In this document: positions 56,795-64,000 of the stretch, in pieces
How the letters are laid out: each line of letters starts with the position of its first letter
Numbering within the stretch: position 1 is the first letter of the stretch
Source of the DNA: Opitutaceae bacterium
GTDB lineage: Bacteria; Verrucomicrobiota; Verrucomicrobiia; Opitutales; Coraliomargaritaceae
Direction of reading: 5' to 3'
Assembly (NCBI GenBank): GCA_051252375.1
Contig: JBPOFY010000006.1
Location: 118,786-182,785, forward strand
Length of the DNA: 64,000 bases
The notes under the pieces: model-generated
What the model saw: the letters and a program-made list of their open reading frames with translations, nothing else
Databases searched by the model: none
What the model was told of the DNA's origin: nothing
Translations under genes and position numbers: made by a program

Positions 56795-59224
56795 CTACTT
56801 CGTCATCATGAGGCGCAATACTTTGCTTCCAGGACGCCCCGCCTTACCTGTAGGAGGTGGCGATATCAATTCGAACACTTTTGGAAAGCACTTTAAGATT
56901 TCGATTACTTGCTCCTCGGAGACGTAATGTCGGCGTAATAAATCACGCAGATTGATTTGTTGATCTGGCTTCGTCCAGAGTAGATCCAATAAACGGCGTT
57001 TGAGTGCAATTGATTCCTCTTGTTGCACTCCAGTCATAATCCCAACACGTTGCTCGTTTATCCAGCCGATGATTGCTTCAGCTCGTAATGCAGGGTCGTG
57101 ATCCCGTGTCAGCACTGCTTCATCACCGGCATAGTAATCGGCTGCAAGCAGGCCGAGTGCGATGCGTTTGTGGAGCTCGCGAGAGCGCATGAGAAGGTCT
57201 TCTTTGCCTGCCCACTCGTTATTAATTTTATCGATTATTGCATTTTGGTAACCTTTGAAGCTGGAGAGAGCCGCGTCGCTCCATTCATGGCGCATGACTT
57301 TAGACAATCCTATGATACGGTTACGCATCGCCTTGCGATTTAGACTATGCCACGTTCTCAACACATTCTGGTCTGGTTTATGTTTTTTTAATGATTCGTA
57401 CTGTAGCGGCGCTCTTGGGACTTCCAGCATGATCCATCTATTCGCCAAACCACGGACTTCGAAATCCTTGTTTCCTAGTAACTTTCTACCCAAGCTTGGT
57501 TGGGCGAGTAGAAGCTGTGCAATACAAGGGACAATTGTCCGGTCGCCGTGAGTATTTGTCATATTCCTGTGTTGCTCGACGCAGAATCCTTTTAATAAAA
57601 AGTCGAACAGGTTTCCTGACATACCACTAGCCTGTTTCAGTAGTGCGTTGATCAGTCCGCCAGCTTCGGAGGAAAAAAGAAAGCCTGTTTCATCGGAGCT
57701 CTTTAATTGACCGATTAGCGCGGAACTTGTGATGTCGTCGTAGACATAGCATGGGGCGGTGTTCTGTCCTCTTGCTTTCCGAATCCAGCGAGCAAGTTCT
57801 TCAGATTTTCGAACGGGTTTGGTGATTTTGTCTGCAACACTTTTTCCCAGGCCTGTATGTCCCAAAATCATCGCTTGAAGATTTGGGTAGTCAGTGGCGT
57901 CACGCGTGGGGTCATGGGAAATCCACGAGCGTCCAAGCGCAGCGCTCCAAGTGGTCAGCGCTGAGACTGCAGCTACGTTTGGGTCGGCTTTTGAGCATAG
58001 CACGTATTCCTCTATGAGGTTTTGTTGGAATTTCGTCAGAGCCCAAATCGGAAAAGTGTCAATTTTCTGCATGTCAGTGAGTTCTTCGGTTTGATTGGAG
58101 ATCTGTAAGGGCGGTTCAATTGCCCTGTAGTTTTGCATGAACAACACATCAGCTGCTGTTGGTCTAAAATCTTCCGTCGGTGCTTCACGTATGGGAGGAG
58201 GGGATTTCAACTCTTCGAACACATTGAAGCGCGCTGGGCTATAAACATTTGAAGAGAAATTGTTGGCGAAGTAACATAATAGGTGTTTGCTCAGGTCGCA
58301 GGTGCTTCTATCGCCTTCAATTGATATGGAGTTTCGGAAATGCTTCATTGCAGCCAATGCGGCAGTTGCAACTCCGCCAGTCATATCCAATACGATGTCG
58401 TTCGGTTTGCTCATGGCCACTATGTAGCGTTCGGGGATCGAAGGATGGAGTATTGATGGATATCCATAGCTTATTCCACCAGCTGGGCATTCGAATACGG
58501 ATGTATCGTTAGGAAGGCCGTTGGCGGTTAGCTTGCTACGTTCACAGGAGTTTATTTCTGATTTATCAAGTATGATGATATACTCGTGAACATGCCGACT
58601 TCGGTCACTTTCTTCGGCTATGTGATTGTCTTTGATTACCCAAATTTCCTCGTGGCGGGGGATGAATCCCACTTTTTGAGCCAAGCGTAGGATCATGCTA
58701 AGCTGTTCCTGGATGGGGTAAGCACGCTTTGATATAGTCGTGTTGGGGAAACTATGATTACTTTCATGCAATGCATTGATAGTAACGACGACCGAGCCGG
58801 CAGGATTCACCTTTAGGAATAGCGCATTCAGTAGCGCTTCGATGCGTTTCTTTTCCTGATCTGATTTGTCTTCGTGACCGCTATCGATCTTAGTTCGGGG
58901 TGGGTGCTCGTTGTTCACCTCATTGATAGCACACTCAAGTTCGAGTTCGATTTCGGAAGTGCTTGTGGAGGCATTTTTCAGGGCATAATAGATCAAGTCT
59001 TCACAGTTTAGAGATAAGAACGTTAGCTGGACACTAGCGTTTGGGATAAGCTCAAGCGCAATGGGGGCATCGCTCAGAATCATCATGTGATGGGAATTAT
59101 CGGTATCTTTACGGCAAAATTCAGTGAATGCTTTTACGCTAGCTGAGGAGATTCCAGTAAATGCGTCGGCTGTTTTTAGTTTGCGAATAGGCTGAGATAT
59201 TAAGGTTAGCATATCAGTTTCCAT
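56795..59224 (-). CDS. Fusion of a degenerate N4/N6 DNA methyltransferase domain and a DUF3987 ATPase with C-terminal wHTH
   Basis: N half: ILSDA..LELIPNASVQLTFLSLNC, HEYIIILDK, PERYIVAMSKPNDIVLDMTGGVATAALAA...RNSISIE. C half: YPNLQAMILGHTGLGKS, DDITSSAL, SSEAG, GLANRW, GKAGRP. Confidence 0.75.
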   Translation of the reverse strand: METDMLTLISQPIRKLKTADAFTGISSASVKAFTEFCRKDTDNSHHMMILSDAPIALELIPNASVQLTFLSLNCEDLIYYALKNASTSTSEIELELECAINEVNNEHPPRTKIDSGHEDKSDQEKKRIEALLNALFLKVNPAGSVVVTINALHESNHSFPNTTISKRAYPIQEQLSMILRLAQKVGFIPRHEEIWVIKDNHIAEESDRSRHVHEYIIILDKSEINSCERSKLTANGLPNDTSVFECPAGGISYGYPSILHPSIPERYIVAMSKPNDIVLDMTGGVATAALAAMKHFRNSISIEGDRSTCDLSKHLLCYFANNFSSNVYSPARFNVFEELKSPPPIREAPTEDFRPTAADVLFMQNYRAIEPPLQISNQTEELTDMQKIDTFPIWALTKFQQNLIEEYVLCSKADPNVAAVSALTTWSAALGRSWISHDPTRDATDYPNLQAMILGHTGLGKSVADKITKPVRKSEELARWIRKARGQNTAPCYVYDDITSSALIGQLKSSDETGFLFSSEAGGLINALLKQASGMSGNLFDFLLKGFCVEQHRNMTNTHGDRTIVPCIAQLLLAQPSLGRKLLGNKDFEVRGLANRWIMLEVPRAPLQYESLKKHKPDQNVLRTWHSLNRKAMRNRIIGLSKVMRHEWSDAALSSFKGYQNAIIDKINNEWAGKEDLLMRSRELHKRIALGLLAADYYAGDEAVLTRDHDPALRAEAIIGWINEQRVGIMTGVQQEESIALKRRLLDLLWTKPDQQINLRDLLRRHYVSEEQVIEILKCFPKVFELISPPPTGKAGRPGSKVLRLMMTK

Positions 59225-59307
59225 GTTTTACCTTGTCTATTTACTTAGTTGAGCCCGGCGCTGCGTTCGGCTTTAAGAGTTACCAACGACGTTTGACGAA
59301 TGGATTC

Positions 59308-60417
59308 TTAGGTTTGTATCACGGGGTTGTAACCCGCCTCGTCCATCTCGAAAGACCATGCTACAGCTTCTCGTGGTGTAGCTATCATAGGTGGGACGCG
59401 GAGTAGATATTCCTTGAAGCTACCATCAGCTTCCGGAGTGGAATTCAGGAGCTTAACATAAGCGATTTCATCGTCATTAGGGTGATTCCATCCGTAGAGA
59501 TAGTGTCTCTGTCCGTAGTTGGGATGAAAGTTTGCTTTGTAAAGAGTGCCGTAGTCGTCGCTGGAGACTTCTAATGCTCCCAGGTTTGCAAGGAAATGTT
59601 CGATACCTAAGAGGTTCAATAGAGTTCGCCTAACCTCCATGTTTTGTTCGTAGATGATATCGTTCGCGCTAAGTTCCGACTTTGGGTCGAAAACGGAGTT
59701 GTCGACTCGTACCCCCGCAATCGCGCTCACAGTGTCTCCGTTGGCAAAGCGGATTGCAGGACGATCCTCGGCGTGTATACGGCCTATCGGGTCGGTTAAG
59801 ACCTCTAATGGCGGGCGCGAGACAATTAAGTCGTCGCGGAAGATCAGCACACATGGAGACATCATAAGGATTCTCAGAAAGCCAACGCTTTTTGATAGCT
59901 CGGTGTTAGGTGCTTCCGCGAGCCTTGCGGTGATAGTTTCCGTGTAGTAATGTGACGCATTTAATTTGGCTTGTAAGGGCGAGTAATTTTGGCACAAACG
60001 CTCGAGTTCCAAATTACATAGTCGTGTCACTTGGTGCATGGGAAGCTTTTCAGTTCTTCCTTCGACCAAATCGCGAACAGCCTTGATTTTCTGGTGATTC
60101 CATTCGTAAGAAAGGTCCGAGGCTATTCGTTGCCCGTAGGCTTTGCTGAAACGCGAAGCCGACTGATTGATGCTTCCAAAGTGTTCTTCCATGGTAAAGC
60201 GTCTTTGAAACAAACTATTTGCTTCATGAGGGCTATCTACCAAGATGACTTTGCCGGTTTTGAGTCCCTGCGCCCAACGCAAATGAAGGGCACAGAAAGT
60301 CAATTGGATATCCATTTCAGTTCCATGGGCAGGCACCGAAAAGTCCGGAAGTTCATCCAGAAAAGCGTTGATTTTACGCCGCTCGCTTGCGGTGAGTTCT
60401 GGCTTAGTCGAAGACAT
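59308..60417 (-). CDS. DUF6745-family protein
   Basis: GRIHAEDRPAIRFANG..GVRV, EQNMEVRR, NSTPEADGSFKEYLLRVPP..TPREAVAWSF. Start likely ATG 60417. Confidence 0.75.
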   Translation of the reverse strand: MSSTKPELTASERRKINAFLDELPDFSVPAHGTEMDIQLTFCALHLRWAQGLKTGKVILVDSPHEANSLFQRRFTMEEHFGSINQSASRFSKAYGQRIASDLSYEWNHQKIKAVRDLVEGRTEKLPMHQVTRLCNLELERLCQNYSPLQAKLNASHYYTETITARLAEAPNTELSKSVGFLRILMMSPCVLIFRDDLIVSRPPLEVLTDPIGRIHAEDRPAIRFANGDTVSAIAGVRVDNSVFDPKSELSANDIIYEQNMEVRRTLLNLLGIEHFLANLGALEVSSDDYGTLYKANFHPNYGQRHYLYGWNHPNDDEIAYVKLLNSTPEADGSFKEYLLRVPPMIATPREAVAWSFEMDEAGYNPVIQT

Positions 60418-60733
60418 GGTAGTTCTTTTTGGGATTGTATTCTCGTTGGCGGACAACTTCGTAGTTACCAAGAGGGAGTGTGATAGTGCCGTGTTCCTGA
60501 TGCTTGAGCTCGGCGGCTTCACTTCCGATCTTAAGGAAGAGCCCGTTATCTTCCTGCTGATAAATCGTTAAGCCCTCGACTGCTTCCAAGGAGTGACAGT
60601 GCCCTGTGGCTTCGCCTTCGGCTAGAATGTAGCGATCTGTCGCCTTGAGGCGCTTCAGCCTCTTCGGTAAGTTGGGGATTCCCCGGACGAGAATGTCGCC
60701 CTGACGGAAGTGTTTTAATTGTGATTGGCTCAT
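60404..60733 (-). CDS. Small His-rich beta protein typically paired with DUF6745
   Basis: RQGDILV, LAEGEATGHCH, HQEH..I.LP.G.YEV.RQREY. Start likely ATG 60733; overlaps the DUF6745 start. Confidence 0.75.
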   Translation of the reverse strand: MSQSQLKHFRQGDILVRGIPNLPKRLKRLKATDRYILAEGEATGHCHSLEAVEGLTIYQQEDNGLFLKIGSEAAELKHQEHGTITLPLGNYEVVRQREYNPKKNYHVFD

Positions 60734-60762
60734 GTTTTTCCTTGGTTTGTTGATTTTATTAA

Positions 60763-60844
60763 ACGACAAATACGTCAAATGTCATATATGTATTTGTCGT
60801 ATTGGAGGGGAAGTCAAGCTAGATTTATGTATTTGACGTATTTG
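60763..60844. promoter_or_regulatory. Operator-like repeats in the divergent promoter region
   Basis: TATGTATTTGTCGTATTGG (60787-60805) and TATGTATTTGACGTATTTG (60826-60844) are direct repeats; ACGACAAATACGTCAAAT (60763-60780) is an inverted copy. Confidence 0.7.
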
Positions 60845-60856
60845 CCCTTATTGTTC

Positions 60857-61270
60857 ATGGCTTTCCTCATGACGGATATTTCAAAAACTGCCGCGTTCGC
60901 TAGGACCCTTGGCTTTCTCATGCGTCGAGCAGGGATCAGCGGAAAAGAACTTTCGGCTGAGATCGGAGTTCCGGCATCGACGATCAGCAGATGGCGTAGC
61001 GGTGCCCGCCTCCCGCATAAGAGTAAGATAATTCTGGTCTCTGACTATTTTGGCGTTCGACCCGACTCAATGACGAATGGAATGATCCCCATCCCGGTCA
61101 CACGACTCATCATCGACGAAAACTCCAGCAATGGCGAAGTTAGGAACCGCTGCGTGGCTCACATCGGGGCGTTTCTACAAGTTGCCGGTAATCACCCCGG
61201 AGGCATCGAGTGGACTTGGACAGAACTCCAGAGAAGGTTCCCGCTGGATAAATGGGATCGCGAGTGTTAA
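60857..61270 (+). CDS. XRE/cI-like HTH transcriptional repressor
   Basis: LMRRAGISGKELSAEIGVPASTISRWRSGARLP...SDYFGV; divergent from the long leftward operon. Start 60857 or 60869. Confidence 0.8.
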   Translation: MAFLMTDISKTAAFARTLGFLMRRAGISGKELSAEIGVPASTISRWRSGARLPHKSKIILVSDYFGVRPDSMTNGMIPIPVTRLIIDENSSNGEVRNRCVAHIGAFLQVAGNHPGGIEWTWTELQRRFPLDKWDREC

Positions 61271-61431
61271 GGGGATCAATATTCGAATTGATCGAATTCA
61301 TTTCCTGATGACGTTCGGTCGATTCGGGGAGATCGCACGAACTTCATTGTTGGTTTACGTTTTGAGTTCAGAAATTAGACATAAGGGGTATTGTTGTCCG
61401 AATGATTCTATCTCCCATTTGCCATCCAAGG

Positions 61432-62202
61432 TCATAGGCGCTTCTTCGGTTTTTTCGGTGCCTTGATTCCTGAGGGGGTGTTTTTAGCTTGCGTGGGAGG
61501 GGATACGAGCTTGCTCGGCTTTTGTGGTGGTGCGGTGGGCCGCCTCGCATGCGTGTCCGCGCTTCTTGGAGCACTTAGTGTCGAACCAGATCTTGAATTG
61601 CGCATATCGTTTCGTGATGTAGGCTCAGGGTCTGATGCAGGCTCAGGGTCTGATGTAGGCTCAACGATAGATTCTGGGGTACTGCTGGCAAATTTTGATC
61701 GGTCATGCTTTTGTTTGCCTCGCAGGTAAAACACTGCGGCCGCTACTGCACAACATACTGCTGCAACAACAGCTATGAAAGTGATGGATAGAGCGTCATT
61801 GTTTGAGGCAGATTCAGTTTCGACGGTTGGAAGGGTTTCGTCGGCTATCACAGACCCTTGTTCGAATGTTATACTTTCACTAGTGACCGAGCTTTGCTCT
61901 ATGTATTCTGATAGCTCAGGCTCAGGCTCAGGGTCGGATGTTGATGGCGCACTGCGAACTAAGTTAAAGGGTGATGAATTAGCATTTGCGGTATCCTCCG
62001 TTGCAGTCGTAGAGGAAGGACTACTTAGTAAACTCGCAGTCGACGGTGGAGAGGTTTCGGAGTCGCCAGATTTTGTCGGTGCTGCTTCGTTTGCTAGTTT
62101 AGGTAATGGAGTAAGCAACTGAAGTAATGGCTCTGCTTCTTTGGGTGCCTCCGTGGTTCTGCTGAGGAGTGATGTTTTATTAGACATAATTTGTATGTGC
62201 AC
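61432..62202 (-). CDS. Low-complexity Ser/Pro/Thr-rich single-pass membrane protein (possibly 5'-truncated)
   Basis: One TM (FIAVVAAVCCAVAAAVFYL) followed by basic residues; contains an 18-bp tandem repeat. Confidence 0.5.
   Translation of the reverse strand: MHIQIMSNKTSLLSRTTEAPKEAEPLLQLLTPLPKLANEAAPTKSGDSETSPPSTASLLSSPSSTTATEDTANANSSPFNLVRSAPSTSDPEPEPELSEYIEQSSVTSESITFEQGSVIADETLPTVETESASNNDALSITFIAVVAAVCCAVAAAVFYLRGKQKHDRSKFASSTPESIVEPTSDPEPASDPEPTSRNDMRNSRSGSTLSAPRSADTHARRPTAPPQKPSKLVSPPTQAKNTPSGIKAPKKPKKRL
61615..61663. repeat. 18-bp tandem repeat (about 2.7 copies) encoding EP(T/A)SDP
   Basis: TGATGTAGGCTCAGGGTC TGATGCAGGCTCAGGGTC TGATGTAGGCTCA. Confidence 0.75.
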
Positions 62203-62276
62203 AAAAGAGTGCTGATAGCTCGATGTTTAAGGACTTCATTGATTTGGTTGAATCTCATAATCTGAATCGAAAAGGA

Positions 62277-62577
62277 GGCATGTTGTCCCGTAACGAGTGT
62301 CGCCCGGCTCGGACTGCAGCAAAGGGCTGGCAATATAGGCTTGTTCAAAATCCAGACCATCTTCCGCAAGCTTACTGATATGAGGGGTCTCAAAAATGTC
62401 GGGATGTCGGTGCCCTAAATCGGCCCAACCAAGGTCATCCACGAATAGAAGCACAATGTTTGGCTGTTCCACCAGTTCTCCGTATACGTTCTTCGCTCCG
62501 CTTAGTAGGCAAGTGGTGACTAGTAGCAAGTTGAGCGCGACAATTCGTAATATATTGTTATTTTGTAGAAGAAACAT
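62277..62577 (-). pseudogene. Frameshifted, truncated sulfatase
   Basis: Signal peptide, PNIVLLFVDDLGWAD and ETPHI in one frame; CCSPSRATLVTGQHA in another, after a 1-nt insertion at 62321-62323. Similarity ends at about 62277. Confidence 0.8.
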
Positions 62578-62846
62578 TCGTAGTCGTGCTGTAGAGCGTA
62601 GAAGGCTTATCTTACCATGGCATTCTGATTCGAATATGCCAGATTGCGTAAAAAGTATATGTGATCGCGCCGCAAGACATTGACCAGTTCTTGTATTAAT
62701 CGTATCATACATCAGTAAATTTGGCCCGATGTGTTGTTAGTTGCCTGAATGAGCCGAATGGCTGAAATACGTATGTTTAATACGCATTTGTCTATATGGA
62801 GAAATTGAATTCTGCTGTATTTTCTTATTATTAAATTAAGTGCCCT

Positions 62847-63506
62847 ATGAAGAATACCTCACAATCTAGAATACGACCAAATGGCTTCACTCTAATTGAA
62901 CTCTTAGTAGTTATTGCCATCATTGGAATACTGACTGTTATTCTGATTCCTGCCGTCTCTAGTGTTAGAAAAAAAATGCAGGCAGCAGAGTCGGTATCCA
63001 ATCTTCGGCAAATAGGCGTTGCTGCGATGGCGCATTCCGTAGAAAACCGCGGCCGTTTTCCATCGGCTCAATGGAATGCTGAAGACGGTTGGACGAAGGT
63101 GCTGTATCAGTATGTTTACGATGTTCCATATCAGCCTGGTAATTGGGATGTGACCCCGCTTACTGGTACGATCTTTTGGTCGCCAGTAATCACTGAGAGC
63201 TACGAGGTGTGGGGGAAGTCAACATATGCATACAACTGGCGTATGCGTGATCGAAGTGGGCAGGAACGTGGAGAGCAGACGGCCCCCGATGGCCCGCTTG
63301 CTCTAGAACTCATGGAACCTTCAAGAACCGTAATGGTGGCAGACTGCAATAATGGTAAAGCCGTGCTCTACTATGAAACGATGGGTTTCCATAATCCAAG
63401 CGATAAAGCGAATGTGCTCTTTTTCGATGGTCATGTTCAATCACTCGAATTGACCGAAGTTCCTGAGGATCGCAATGACATCTTCTGGCTCGGGAAGTAT
63501 AAATAG
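62847..63506 (+). CDS. Prepilin-type N-terminal cleavage/methylation and H-X9-DG domain protein
   Basis: GFTLIELLVVIAIIGIL, SNLRQIG, C-terminal H..DKANVLFFDGHV. Confidence 0.9.
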   Translation: MKNTSQSRIRPNGFTLIELLVVIAIIGILTVILIPAVSSVRKKMQAAESVSNLRQIGVAAMAHSVENRGRFPSAQWNAEDGWTKVLYQYVYDVPYQPGNWDVTPLTGTIFWSPVITESYEVWGKSTYAYNWRMRDRSGQERGEQTAPDGPLALELMEPSRTVMVADCNNGKAVLYYETMGFHNPSDKANVLFFDGHVQSLELTEVPEDRNDIFWLGKYK

Positions 63507-63827
63507 AATCATTGTTTCATATAACAAAATATTTGTTTATGATATCACAGCTCTTTGACACGCGTCTTTCAAAGCTGGTATTCGTTGGCTTCATCACTCT
63601 GGTTGCTTCGATCAGTTCGCTTTTTCAATAGTGATTGGCCAGCCAGTGACTTATCATTGAAGGCGCTTCCCGTGCGGCGCGCTTCTTCGTGTTGATTAGT
63701 TCGGTTTGTAGACGGTGGCAGAATTAAGCATGTATAATGCGTGATTTAAGGTATTTTTTCGCGTCTTAGAACGATATTATACTGTCTCCTCATTTTGATC
63801 TACCCACAAATCCTCTAACAAATTAAT

Positions 63828-64000
63828 ATGTTAAATCTGTATCGCCACTCCCTAAAACTTCTCGCAGCATTGGTGGCCACTGTCAGTCTCTCTGCTACAT
63901 CGCCCAATGTCATCCTGATCACAATTGACGATCTCAACGACTGGATTGAGCCCTATGTTACCGACTCGCCAGGTAGTTGGGTGTCTGGAGGCCATCCGCA
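63828..64000 (+). CDS. Sulfatase (iduronate/choline-sulfatase-like), 5' part; runs off the right window edge
   Basis: Manual translation MLNLYRHSLKLLAALVATVSLSATSPNVILITIDDLNDW...GGHP: signal peptide plus sulfatase N-terminal motif. Confidence 0.75.
   Translation, partial: MLNLYRHSLKLLAALVATVSLSATSPNVILITIDDLNDWIEPYVTDSPGSWVSGGHP

Larger units (their letters stand above)
37487..62276. mobile_element. Integrative (probably mobilizable) element at tRNA-Asn; right boundary uncertain (about 61.3-62.3 kb)
   Basis: Large serine recombinase next to the tRNA, MobA/MobL relaxase, VirD4-like ATPase, hipBA, RadC, two DUF3987 proteins and a terminal divergent XRE repressor. Host-type genes resume at a truncated sulfatase. 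No clear att duplication was found. Confidence 0.8.

Noticed and set aside
37660..61270. Prophage interpretation of the island
   Set aside because: No terminase, portal, capsid, tail or lysis genes are recognisable; the relaxase and coupling-type ATPase favour a mobilizable element.
61374..62189. 11-bp direct repeat ATTAGACATAA at 61374 and 62179 as a possible target-site duplication
   Set aside because: Short and AT-rich, with no transposase or terminal inverted repeats.
63539..63631. 30-codon ORF resembling a signal peptide (MISQLFDTRLSKLVFVGFITLVASISSLFQ)
   Set aside because: Too short and has no downstream domain; could be a gene relic but cannot be supported.

Overview
This is bacterial chromosomal DNA, most likely from a marine Verrucomicrobiota (Opitutales/Puniceicoccaceae-like). 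That assignment is inferred from the many sulfatases, the H-X9-DG prepilin-type proteins and an archaeal/eukaryote-type ProRS. Positions 1-37.5 kb are mostly core and host genes: a surface-glycan cluster (carbamoyltransferase, GT10, GT, nucleotide-sugar dehydrogenase, GT4, ELM1-like), a SWIM-SNF2 helicase, serS, proS, a sulfated fucose-glycan utilisation locus (two sulfatases, SSS symporter, GH95, an unknown exported protein), an RND efflux pump, deoC, ribD, rdgB and tRNA-Asn(GTT). Several REP-like and other palindromic intergenic repeats lie among them. Directly behind tRNA-Asn is a ~24 kb integrative, probably mobilizable, element whose genes nearly all lie on the minus strand. It encodes a large serine recombinase, a wHTH protein, an SPL-like radical SAM enzyme, RadC/JAB, two DUF3987 ATPases (one fused to an apparently inactive DNA methyltransferase), a SpoVK/CbbX AAA+ ATPase, two tandem PcfJ-like proteins, an orphan paralog pair, a membrane-anchorless VirD4/TraD-like ATPase, a CRR6-like protein, HNH-like and DUF2779 nucleases, a MobA/MobL relaxase with a hairpin-rich oriT/ssi-like region, hipBA with three phased operators, a gene bracketed by a perfect 17-bp inverted repeat, a DUF6745 gene pair and a divergent XRE repressor with operators. 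A frameshifted, truncated sulfatase follows, then host-type genes resume. All family assignments come from motif recognition by eye; no database searches were run.
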